Assembly: GCF_006345805.1 (NCBI RefSeq)
Contig: NW_021832844.1
Location: 130,430 to 194,429, forward strand
Reading direction: 5' to 3'
Origin: Octopus sinensis
Lineage: Eukaryota
DNA: 64,000 nt
Positions 35,737 through 47,547 of the stretch are shown here, one piece after another (positions within the stretch are counted from its first letter, which is position 1; each line of letters opens with the position of its first letter). Below the pieces are notes generated by a model, which saw only the letters and a list, made by a program, of their open reading frames with translations, did no database searches and was not told the DNA's origin. The translations under genes were made by a program, and so were the position numbers.

Positions 35737-37858
35737 TACCCCATATCCTCACATCTATGGACCTCCACAAATTTTATAATATACTACGCAATTCATTACA
35801 TAATCTCAAGTCCCCCCGTATCCTCACATCTAGGGATTTCCCCAAATTACATACAGTGAATCCTCGCAAATTGGCCATTTTTGGTACATAGAGATTTTAT
35901 GGCCAATTTGAGAAAATGGCCAATTTGAAAAAAATCAATATTTAAAAAATAAAATAAACACGTTTAAATTTTATTAAAATAAAATTCAATCCCTAATTCC
36001 TTTTTATTTGCTCTTTTTACATTTTCTTTGTATTTTCTTATTGCAGTAATCAGCGAAACATCATTCTCATTTTCTGCATTACAGTAAAGTTGCCTTTCTA
36101 TTCTAGTTAATGTCTTTGCAATATCTTTTCTATCGAGTGGATATATGATTTTTGTCTCTTCGTCGCTAATTTCAGACTCTTGATCCTCTTGTAAACAATT
36201 TTCGTTTATATCTTGATCTTCTGTGTTTTCGATATTTAGAAAATCTTCGCTCATTAGAGGATCGAAAATGTCAGTTCTTTCAATTTCAGTCTCATAATGT
36301 TCAATTAATGTATTTTCGTGATTAGATTCATTTAAAATCTTAAAACAATTTTGAATAGTTTCAGTAGATACGTCATCCCAAGCCATATTAACAAACAAAA
36401 TTACATCTTTTAATGTCAATTTTTTGTATGAATTGTATACAGAATATTTTCAGTCTCCAGCAAATCAGTTAAGTACTGTAGCTTTCTTCTCATGAAATGA
36501 GTCTTGAAGGTTTTTATAATTCCAATATCCATTGGTTGTAGTAATCCAGTAGAATTTTTAGGAAAAAATAAAATCTTAATACAATCCAAGTTTTGAGGAA
36601 TAGAATGTGCAGGACAGTGGTCTATTAGCAATAAAATTTTCTTCTTTTTAATTTTAAGCTGGAGATCAAAGCTAATAATCCAATCAATAAAAATAGATCC
36701 AGTCATCCAAGCTTTCTGTGAGCTATAATATGAGACAAGACATCCATAGTCAAAATTTTTAAAACATCTAGGCATTTTTGGTTTTCCAATCATCACAGGT
36801 TTCAATTTATGACTTCCGGTCATGTTTGAACAAAGCATAATAGACACACGGTCTTTAAAATTTTTGTATCCTTGGAATCGGTTTCTGCATACGCTTTTCG
36901 ATGGAATAAGCTTGTAGTATAATGCAGTTTCATCCAAATTATAAATTAGATCAGGCTTATACGATTTAGAAATTTCTTTAAATTCTTCACGAAAAGAATT
37001 AATGTCAACTACTTTATCTGTTCGCATCTCTCCATGTAATTTTAGCATTCTAAAACCGTGTCTCTTTTTGAATTTTGCCAGAAATCCATTAGAATTTTTA
37101 AAGTTACTAAGTTGTAGCTCTTCGGCAAAATGCGCAGCCTTACACGATATTAAGGAATCATTCAAAAAACCACCTAAAAATTGGTTTTCAATTAATACCT
37201 TTAGACTCTATTGTATCCATCCATTCGATCAATTCTTCAAGCGTAGGAAATTTTGGTTTGTGAGCAGCTTTATACGAATTTTGATAGATTTTCGAATCCC
37301 GTAAAATAGAGTCTTTATTAAGCAGTAGATTATTGATCGTCTTTCTCGAGATCGTCTTGTGGAATAAATGTGAGAATCTGTCAGCCAGAAGCTGACACGA
37401 AACACTGTCATTTTCTTCCTTGTAGTTTATAATTTGTGTTTTTTCAAGAAAAGTGAGCCGAGTATAACGTCCACGAGAATTTTATAAGACATGTGATTAA
37501 AAAAATAGTTTATTTTCTAATAAAAAAAATAATAATTCAAAAATTGTGGCCAATTTGAGAATTGGCCAATTTACTAAGAAAATTAATTTTTTTCTTAGTA
37601 AATTGTGAAAAAATTGGCCAATTTAAAAATTGGCCAATTTGCGAGGTGGCCAATTTGCGAGGATTCACTGTAATATGTTACGCAATTCATTACATAATCT
37701 CAAGTAAACCAATATCCTCAAATCTAGGAATCTCCCAAAATAGCATAATATACTACGCAATTCATTACATAATCTCAAGTACCCCAAAATCCTCATATCT
37801 AGGTACCTCCTCAAATTGCATAATATACTACAAAATTATTACATAAAATCAAGTACCT
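35737..37858 (-). repeat. Degenerate, reverse-oriented monomers of the 74-bp satellite flanking the pogo insertion (35737-35853 and 37671-37858)
   Basis: tacgcaattcattacataatctcaagtacccc..atctaggga is the reverse complement of the array monomer, with more divergence. Confidence 0.8.
35854..37670 (-). mobile_element. pogo-like DD30D transposon (1817 bp), near-intact, transposase containing a 25-nt intron
   Basis: Perfect 24-bp TIRs CAGTGAATCCTCGCAAATTGGCCA and TA TSD. Coding 37492-35964: HTH, CENP-B HTH, DETALYYK, IDHCPAH, QPMDIGII. Intron 37174-37198. Two -1 shifts lie in A runs. Confidence 0.92.
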
Positions 37859-37868
37859 TCATTCCCTA

Positions 37869-40800
37869 GCGTTCCCTAGATGTGACGATATAGGGGTACT
37901 TGAGATGATGTAATTAATTGCGTAATATATTATGCAATTTGGGCGTTCCCTAGATGTGACGATATAGGGGTACTTGAGATTATGTAATTAATTGCGTAAT
38001 ATATTATGCAATTTAGGCGTTCCCTAGATGTGACGATATAGGGTACTTGAGATTATGTAATTAATTGCGTAATATATTATGCAATTTGGGCGTTCCCTAA
38101 ATGTGACGATATAGGGGTACTTGAGATTATGTAATTAATTGCGTATTATATTATGCAATTTGGGCGTTCCCTAGATGTAACGATATACGGGTACTTGAAA
38201 TTATGTACTTGAGATGATGTAATTAATTGCGTAATATATTATGCAATTTAGGCGTTCCCTAGATGTGACGATATAGGGGTACTTGAGATTATGTAATTAA
38301 TTGCGTAAATATTATGCAATTTGGGCGTTCCCTAGATGTAACGATATAGGGGTTCTTGAGATTATGTAATTAATTGCTTAATATATTATGCAATTTGGGC
38401 GTTACCTAGATGTAACGATATACGGGTACTTGAAATTATGTACTTGAGATTATGTAATTAATTGCGTAATATATAATGCAATTTAGGCGTTTCCTGGATG
38501 TGACGATATAGGGGTACTTGAGATGATGTAATTAATTGCGTAATATATTATGCAATTTGGACGTTCCCTAGATGTGACGATATAGGGGTATTTGAGATGA
38601 TTTAATTAATTGAGTAATATATTATGCAATTTGGGCGTTCCCTAGATGTGACGATATACGGGTACTTGAGATTATGTAATTAATTGCGTAATTTATTATG
38701 CAATTTGGGCGTTCCCTAGATGTGACGATATATGGGTACTTGAGATGATGTAATATAATTGCGTAATATATTATGCACTTTAGGCGTTCCCTAGATGTGA
38801 CGATATAGGGGTACTCGAGATTATTTAATTAATGCGTAATATATTATGCACTTTAGGCGTTCCCTAGATGTGACGATATAGGGGTACTTGAGATGATGTA
38901 ATTAATTGCGTAATATATTATGCAATTTGGGCGTTCCCTAGATGTGACGATATAGGGTACTTGAGATGATGTAATTAATTGCGTAATATATTATGCAATT
39001 TAGGCGTTCCCTAGATGTGACGATATAGGGGTACTTGAGATGATGTAATTAATTGCGTAATATATTATGCAATTTGGACGTTCCCTAAATGTGACGATAT
39101 AGGGTACTTGAGATGATTTAATTAATTGCGTAATATATTATGCAATTTGGGCGTTCCCTAGATGTGACGATATAGGGGTACTTGAGATTATTTAATTAAT
39201 TGCGTAATATATTATGCAATTTAGGCGTTTCCTGGATGTGACGATATAGGGGTACTTGAGATGATGTAATTAATTGCGTAATATATTATGCAATTTAGGC
39301 GTTCCCTAGATGTGACGATATACAGTGGGCGCAAAAAAAATCCGGTTTTCTAATTTCTCTATTTTTTTATATTGTGCGATATAATATTTTTTTTTAATCT
39401 TAAATTTTAGTGAAAAGTAACTCTTATTTTTTTATTTTGATTATTTTCATTATTTTTTTCAAGAGATATTTCCAATTTAAATTTACAATGCGCAAAAAAA
39501 ACCCGGTTTTTTAAAAAAATGTCAAATTAATATTTAATATGCCGTCCTTTAGCCATAAAAACATCGTACACCCTTCTCGGCATGCTGTTTATGAGTTTCT
39601 GTATTAGATCTTTCGGCATATTTTCCCAAATTTCGATAATTTTATCTTTCAGCTCATGCATATTTTTTGGAGGATTTTCGTACAATTTACTTTTAATATA
39701 TGCCCAAAGATGTTCTATGGGATTAAATCTGGCGATTGCGGTGCCCAATCCAATAGTTTGACGCTTCTTTCGGCAAAGAAATCTTTCGTGATCTTTGATG
39801 TGTGTGGAGGAGCCATGTCTTGTTGGAATATGAATTCATTCAAGCACATTTTCGCAGCGGACTCCCACAGATTATTTGATAATATGTTCACATAAGTTGC
39901 TGAGTTCATAGTTCCATTTATAATACTAGATTGCCTACTCCATAATACCCGAAACATCCCCACACCATTATTTTTCCCCCTCCAAATTTAACAGTTGGAG
40001 ATAAGTGCGATTTTTCTAGACGTGTGTTGTTGTTTTTCCTATAACAAAATTCCTTTTTTTTGTGATTAAAAATTTCGAAACAGCATTCATCACTAAAAAT
40101 AGTTGATTTCCATGACGTCATATTCAGTGCGATAAATTTTTTTGACAAGGAATATCGTTTTTCGATATTAATTTTAGACAGATACGGTTTTTTTGACACA
40201 CACGTGAATATATTTCCTTTTGTTTCAGATAATTCCCAATTGTTCGTTTTGAGACGATTTTTCCTGTCAAAGAATGAAGATCCTTTGACAGGCAACGGGA
40301 AGATTTTTTCGGATTGTCAGAAACAAGCGTCAATAAAGTATTTATATCATCATTATTTAATGTCCTAGGTCTTCCAGAACCGGACAGTCTCTGTGTTGTT
40401 CCATATTTTTTGTATTTACGTATGTAATCTCCCACTGTTGATCTGGGAATTTCTACTTCTTCTGAAATTTGTTTATATGTCCAATTAAGGAAATAAAGTT
40501 GAATAATTTGTCCTTTCACAATTTCTGAAATACACGACATCCAACAACAACAAAAATGACAACAATTTCAAATTTTTGAGAATAAAAGACTCAATAATTA
40601 AAAAAACCGAGTTTTTTTGCGCATTTTAAAATTAAATTCAAGATATCTCTATGAAAAATAAAAAAATACTTAAAATTAAAAACATACTCGATTTACATTT
40701 CAAAATGATACTAAATTAAAAAAAAATAATATAAAATTTATATTGAAAAATTCGAAAAATAAGAAAACCGGATTTTTTTTGCGCCCACTGTAGGGGTACT

Positions 40801-42617
40801 TGAGATGATGTAATTAATTGCGTAATATATTATGCAATTTGGGCGTTCACTAAATGTGACGATATAGGGGTACTTGAGATGATTTAATTAATTGCGTAAT
40901 ATATTATGCAATTTGGGCGTTCCCTAGATGTGACGATATAGGGGTACTTGAGATTATGTAATTAATTGCGTAATATATTATGCAATTTAGGCTTTTCCTG
41001 GATGTGACGATATAGGGGTACTTGAGATGATGTAATTAATTGCGTAATATATTATGCAATTTGGACGTTCCCTAGATGTGACGATATAGGGGTATTTGAG
41101 ATGATTTAATTAATTGAGTAATATATTATGCAATTTGGGCGTTCCCTAGATGTGACGATATACGTGTACTTGAGATTATGTAATTAATTGCGTAATATAT
41201 TATGCAATTTGGGCGTTCCCTAGATGTGACGATATATGGGTACTTGAGATGATGTAATTAATTGCGTAATATATTATGCACTTTAGGCGTTCCCTAGATG
41301 TGACGATATAGGGGTACTTGAGATTATTTAATTAATGCGTAATATATTATGCAATTTGGGCGTTCCCTAGATGTGACGATATACGTGTACTTGAAATTAT
41401 GTACTTGAGATTATGTAATTAATTGCGTAATATATTATGCAATTTAGGCGTTTACTGGATGTGACGATATGAGGGTACTTGATGAGTAATTTTGTATAAT
41501 TGCACATAATATATTATGCAACTGGACGTCCCTAGATGTGACGATTATAGGGGTATTTGAGATGATTTAATTAATTGAGTAATATATTATGCAATTTGGG
41601 CGTTCCCTAGATGTGACGATATACGTGTACTTGAGATTATGTAATTAATTGCGTAATTTATTATGCAATTTGGGCGTTCCCTAGATGTGACGATATATGG
41701 GTACTTTAGATGATGTAATTAATTGCGTAATATATTATGCACTTTAGGCGTTCCCTAGATGTGACGATATAGGGGTACTTGAGATTATTTAATTAATGCG
41801 TAATATATTATGCAATTTGGACGTTCCCTAAATGTGACGATATAGGGGTACTAGAAATGATTTAATTAATTGCGTAATATATTATGCACTTTAGGCGTTC
41901 CCTAGATGTGACGATATAGGGATACTTGAGATGATGTAATTAATTGCGTAATATATTATGCAATTTGGACGTTCCCTAAATGTGACGATATAGGGGTACT
42001 AGAAATGATTTAATTAATTGCCTAATATATTATGCAATTTGGACGTTCCCTAGATGTGACGATATATGGGTACTTGAGATGATGTAATTAATTGCGTAAT
42101 ATATTATGCACTTTAGGCGTTCCCTAGATGTGACGATATAGGGGTACTTGAGATTATTTAATTAATGCGTAATATATTATGCACTTTAGGCGTTCCCTAG
42201 ATGTGACGATATACGGGTACTTGAGATTATGTAATTAATTGCGTAATATATTTTGTAATTTAGGCGTTCCCTAAATGTGACGATAAGGGGTACTTGAGAT
42301 TATGTAATTAATTGCGTAATATATTATGCAATTTGGACGTTCCCTAGATGTGACGATATAAGGGTATTTGAGATTATGTAATTAATTGCGTAATATATTA
42401 TGCAATTTGGGCGTTCCCTAAATGTGACGATATAGGGGTACTTGAGATTATGTAATTAATTGCGTATTATATTATGCAATTTGGGCGTTCCCTAGATGTA
42501 ACGATATACGGGTACTTGAAATTATGTACTTGAGATGATGTAATTAATTGCGTATATATTATTGCAATAGAAGGAGTTCCTGATGTGACGATATAGGGGT
42601 ACTTGAGATTATGTAAT
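37869..42617 (+). repeat. 74-bp tandem satellite array (about 45 monomers) split by a Tc1 insertion
   Basis: Monomer rggcgttccctagatgtgacgatataggggtacttgagatkatgtaattaattgcgtaatatattatgcaattt; period 74 (37941 to 38015). Confidence 0.97.
39323..40790 (-). mobile_element. Tc1-family IR/DR transposon (1468 bp), DD34E-type transposase with three small frameshifts
   Basis: TIRs cagtgggcgcaaaaaaaatccggttttct, TA TSD within the satellite, inner repeats at about 39489 and 40601-40623. Motifs FSDE, FQQDMAPPH, WAPQSPDL.PIEHLW. Confidence 0.93.
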
Positions 42618-42914
42618 TTTGTTAAAGATTATCAATTTCTTCCCCAGATGGAAAGCTTCTGGCTGCTTGAAGTTTACACCTTCTTCATATCAAAAATTGG
42701 ACTCCCTACATAAGTTTCTATTTGATGAGATCAGAAATATCATTACTGGAAGCAGTCAACCCCAGAGTTGGTTTTTTACCGGAATAACTTATCTTATTCC
42801 GAAAAGGATAATTCCACTGAAGCCAGTGATTTCAGACCAATTACCTGTATGCCATGCCTTTATAAACTCGTCACAAAGTGTGTAAATGAGAAAATTGTTG
42901 AGTATTTGGAAACT

Positions 42915-45480
42915 TTTTATTAAAAGAAACAAAATTTAACTTAAGCTAGACTATTTAATTTAGATTCTCAGTCCCGATTATTGGAATCTCTCTCCTCCTT
43001 TTAGGAGAAGAGCTTGCAACCAGTTCCTCCTCACTCTCCATCTCCTAGTCAGATAGATTTTCTATTTGTCTCATATCTTTCACCGGCGTGTCACGGCAGC
43101 ATGCCACTTCTGCAAGCTGGTAAGCAGCAGAGGCGTATTCTTCGGCAGATACTCTCACTCCATGTCTGTGTTCAACTACCATGCTTTCTAGAGTCCTTTT
43201 TAAAACAACAGATTGAATATAAGTTCTTGTGGCTTTTTCGATCGATAATTTGTCCATATAGTTTTTGAAATATCTCGAAACAACACCGTCCCAGGTCAAG
43301 ACAACCGGGATAATCTTTACCTTTGCATCATAAAGTATCGAAAGTTCGTTTGCGAGCAGATCATATTTATGAAATTTCTCGATTTCGACTTGTTTGAGGC
43401 GATCTTGTGACGTGATGCCAACTTCAATTAAGGTTATCTCTTGTTTGGTTTTGTCATACACGAAGATATCTGGTTTGTTGGATTGAACTTTAGTTTCCGT
43501 CATGATTGACATATCGACTCTGATTTCAACATTCTGCGTCGATATCATGGACTGAACAGAATGAGTCTTTAATTTGCTTCCTCTCTTAATACCGTAGGTT
43601 CGACACAAATGAAGGTGAATGCACTTCACAACTTCATTGTGTCTCCGCAGATAATCACTGTTTAACATCTTCCCACACTGCGTAGCCAAATGATCAATTG
43701 TTTTCTTGCATTTTTTGCAGTGACTGCATAAAGATCCCATGGATGTGAAGAACAAAATCCTATCCTGCAAGAGACAGTACAATGCTTCACTCCGTGGACC
43801 ATTATTTCCTTTAGATAACCACTCTGAGGATGGCTAGATCAACATTTTGTTCGTCCATGCATTTGAATAGAACCGAATGTAGCATTTTACAATTGATGTT
43901 CTTAAGCAAATATTTTCTTTGAGCATCTTTGATAAACTCAACACCCAAATTCTCCATGTCGAGAATTGCACACTTGGAGGCGAGAAATCCTGCAATTGTG
44001 GCCATATGCCATTTATTTGTTTGTATCACACGCAGGATTCCCGATCTCCGTAAGCATACTGTCGACTGTCTTTCTAAACTTTTCATGAACTGGAAAAGTA
44101 TCAGTTCACTTCTGAAAGAGACTGAAGCAAGTCCTCTCCCAAGAGATTTCCGATTTAAATATAACCTCTCTTTATTTGCAGGTTTGAGATGGAGTCTGAG
44201 AGTCGTAAGAAGTTGTCGTATTTGACGGTCAATACAATCAAATTCATGAGGTTCAATATTAATGAGTCCGATGTAATATTATATAGAGAAATGGCATGTT
44301 CATTTATAGCGTGGAATAAATTTACCGCATTTAATTTCGTCTTTGAAAGCATGGTTATCCTTTCCTTTACATTTCCAAGGATAGAATCCATTACTTTACT
44401 CTTAAGAACATTACTTCCTGCATCTTCAAGTACACCCAAGTAGCGATATCCTTTGACTCCTTCCAAAATCTCACAACAAGATAAAGATTTGACATTTGAT
44501 GCTGACTTTTCTGAATTCATCTCCAAGCCAACAGTTTTAAAGAATCCATCAACAGCTTCCATCATTTTAATTACTACATCTTCTTTAAGAGCGAATATCT
44601 TTAGGTCGTCAATGAAGAACAAATGATTAGTAGAATAGGTCAACATATTTGGGTCCTGTTGATTAATCTGAACCTTTGGAAACATGGCATTAAGAATCCT
44701 GCTTAGTGGGTCCATCACCATAACAAACAGTTGCGGAGATAACGAGTCTCCTTGTAAAATCCCTCGGCTCAACTTTACAGAACCAATTCTCCTTCCGTCA
44801 ACATGGAGCTTTACAGTCCACATTCGTACAGTCCTTTTCACAAAGTTAACAATCCATAAAGGTATCCCAGAGCACTCCAACACATGAAATAGAAAGTCGT
44901 GGTCAACAGAATCGAAAGCCTTCTTGACATCAATCCATGCAGAGTATAGCCCATTTCCATACTCTTTATTTAGGAATTGGTTAATAAGGGCCTGTTCTTT
45001 AGCACCCTGACACTGTCTCCTCGTACCAAGTTGATTGTCGGAAATTAAGCCAAATACATCCATGAACTCAGACAGTTTTCCATTAACACACTTGGTAACT
45101 AACTTATAAAGTGTCGACATGCATGTTATAGGCCGTAAATCTTTCGGGGTCTCACAATCGTTCTTTTTAGGAATTAGATATGTAATTCCAGTATAAAACC
45201 AGTTTTCTGGCATGTAATCACCGTTGATTATTTTCTTGATTTCAACACATAAAAATTCATGCAGAGATTCTAGTCTTTTAATGAAGAAATTATATATTCC
45301 GTCACATCCCGGTGCCTTCCAGTCAGGAAGATATTTAATGATCTCCATTATGTAATTATTTGTTAAATCTGGCAACATGTCTTCACTGCCGGTTATTCTT
45401 TTATTAACATTGCCCAGTGGCACGGATATTTCGCGCCTTTTGCTCCATAAGTATGTGGAAATATATAATCTAACTCTGAG
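42915..45480 (-). mobile_element. R4-clade element B, copy 2
   Basis: ORF 43045..43782 is identical to 10950..11687; one extra 1-nt deletion near 44275. Confidence 0.88.
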
Positions 45481-45516
45481 TGTCTCATAAGAGGCTGTCA
45501 AGTGCAATGAGCATAG

Positions 45517-47234
45517 TTGTGTGACAGGTCACATGAGTACAAATTATTTTCTTCATGGGTAGACGTAAAAAAAGCCTTTGGCTCAATCAATCACGAATTC
45601 CTTGCAATGATTCTGAAAAACTCCGGGCTTCCTGAATGGATAACAAAGTTTTTAATGTCAATAATTCCAAATTGGAAGGTCTCCCTCAAATTAGGAAAGC
45701 AGCATCTAGGAATTGTTGACATAGAACGTGGAATACTCCAAGGAGATTCCCTGTCTCCTCAGTTGTTTATTTTGACTTTGGATCCGTTGAGCAGATTGTT
45801 ATCAGCTAAATTTATCAGTCAATACCGATCAAGAAAATTCAGTGTTTTTTTCTGCGAACCATTTTTTGTTCATTGATGATTTGAAATTGCTCGCCAAAGA
45901 TGAGGTCACACTCGGGTGTATGATGAAAGACGTGGATTTATTTTTTAAAGCTTCGGGTTTGGAAAAGAATTGTGAGAAGTCGGCAACAAATAGTTGTTTA
46001 TTAAGAAATGATGCCAAGCTGCTGGATGGACTGGATAGTTACCGTTATTTGGGTGTATTGGAAAATAAGTTTAGTCAGGTTGTTAAAGAAGAAGTTTTGA
46101 AAAATTTACGGATTGAGGTTCAACAACGTATCGAAAGATTGTCGAAGACGAAACTAAATTCGGTGAATTTGTTTAAGGCAATTAATGAACATGCTTTATC
46201 TTTGTACAATTATTATATCGGCCTTCTGGATTTGGAACCGTCCGCTTTTGATAAAATTGATAAATTTGTCAGTATCTACCGCCAGTACTTCGAACAATAA
46301 ATTTAAGATCAATTAATAAGTAAATTATCTCAAAAAAATAGAATTCTAGTGTGAATTTCTATTTTTTATGTGATGATTTAGCTTGGTGGATCTAAATATT
46401 CATATGAAACCAGCCTGTAAGAGAGGCTATATTTGCCGAGGATAAACTTGGAAGAGGGCTTGCCTCAATTACCTTCAGGTCGGAAAAAATGCTGTTCAAC
46501 TTTCGTGAAAATCTGGAGAGGCGAAAGTTAATCTCCCCAAGAAAGGCAGCAATTCTGTGGGCCGAGCAGAAAAGAAAGTCCCATATGGCCACGATCACAG
46601 AATTCCTGCATTGTAAATATAGAACGAACACCCAAGGAGAGATAACCAAATCACTGAGTAGATTGCAGATTGATTCCTTACTGTCCAATATCAAGAAGAA
46701 AACACTTCACTCGAAGCTATCTGAATCCCTTGATGATAACAATTTTGATATTCAATCGTCTTCAACATGGCTTAAGAAAGGGAATATATCTCCTAAATCT
46801 GAAGCTATGTTTTCATTTCTTCAAGACAGGAATATTTTTTCAGAGACCCTAATTCAAAATGTCCACACTGTAAATCTCCCAATAAAACGGTTGATCACAT
46901 GGCAACTAGATGCAACAGGATGCTTAATTCGGATTATACGAGGAGACACAATGAAATTGTGAGATGCATCCACATGCACTTGTGCCGTAGATTTGGATTC
47001 AACAAATCCAGAAGACTGAAAAATCACTCTGTCCAGAGTATTATGTGCAACACCTTGGCAGAAATACGAGTTGATACAACAATTACAACAGAGTTGAAAA
47101 TTCAATATAACAAACCTGACATTTTCCTCTACGACAAAAGAGAGAACCTAATATGGCTTATTGAAGTGGGTGTGACTTCAATAGATAACCTAAAGAGTGT
47201 GGAAGTAGAAAAACTGCACAAATACGACATTTAA
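45517..47234 (+). mobile_element. R4-clade element A 3' part, copy 2 (its upstream RT piece is at 42617-42915)
   Basis: ORFs 45517..45876, 45842..46300, 46489..46962 and 46899..47234 match copy 1 apart from a few indels, e.g. an 8-bp deletion near 45810. Confidence 0.85.
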
Positions 47235-47547
47235 CATTACATTTGGAATAATAGTTCTAACAAGATAAACCACAATAAATTTAAGATCAATTAATAAGTA
47301 AATTATCTCCAAAAATAGAATTCTAGTGTGAATTTCTATTTTTTTATGTGATGATTTAGCTTGGTGTACTAATTAAAAATTGTAAAAAAATTTGTCATTA
47401 ATACTTATGAATTAGCTCTTTTAGATTTATAAATGAATAGTCACAAAATTAAATTATTTAATTATAAAGTATTATATTTTTACAGTTTAAAGATTTAGTA
47501 TCAGCAAAATGTTTAAATAAATTAATCTAATTTAAGAAATCGTGTTA

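Noticed and set aside
37869-42617. Regularly spaced, partly palindromic repeat resembling a CRISPR array
   Set aside because: Monomers are contiguous 74-mers with no unique spacers, there are no cas genes, and the context is eukaryotic with introns.
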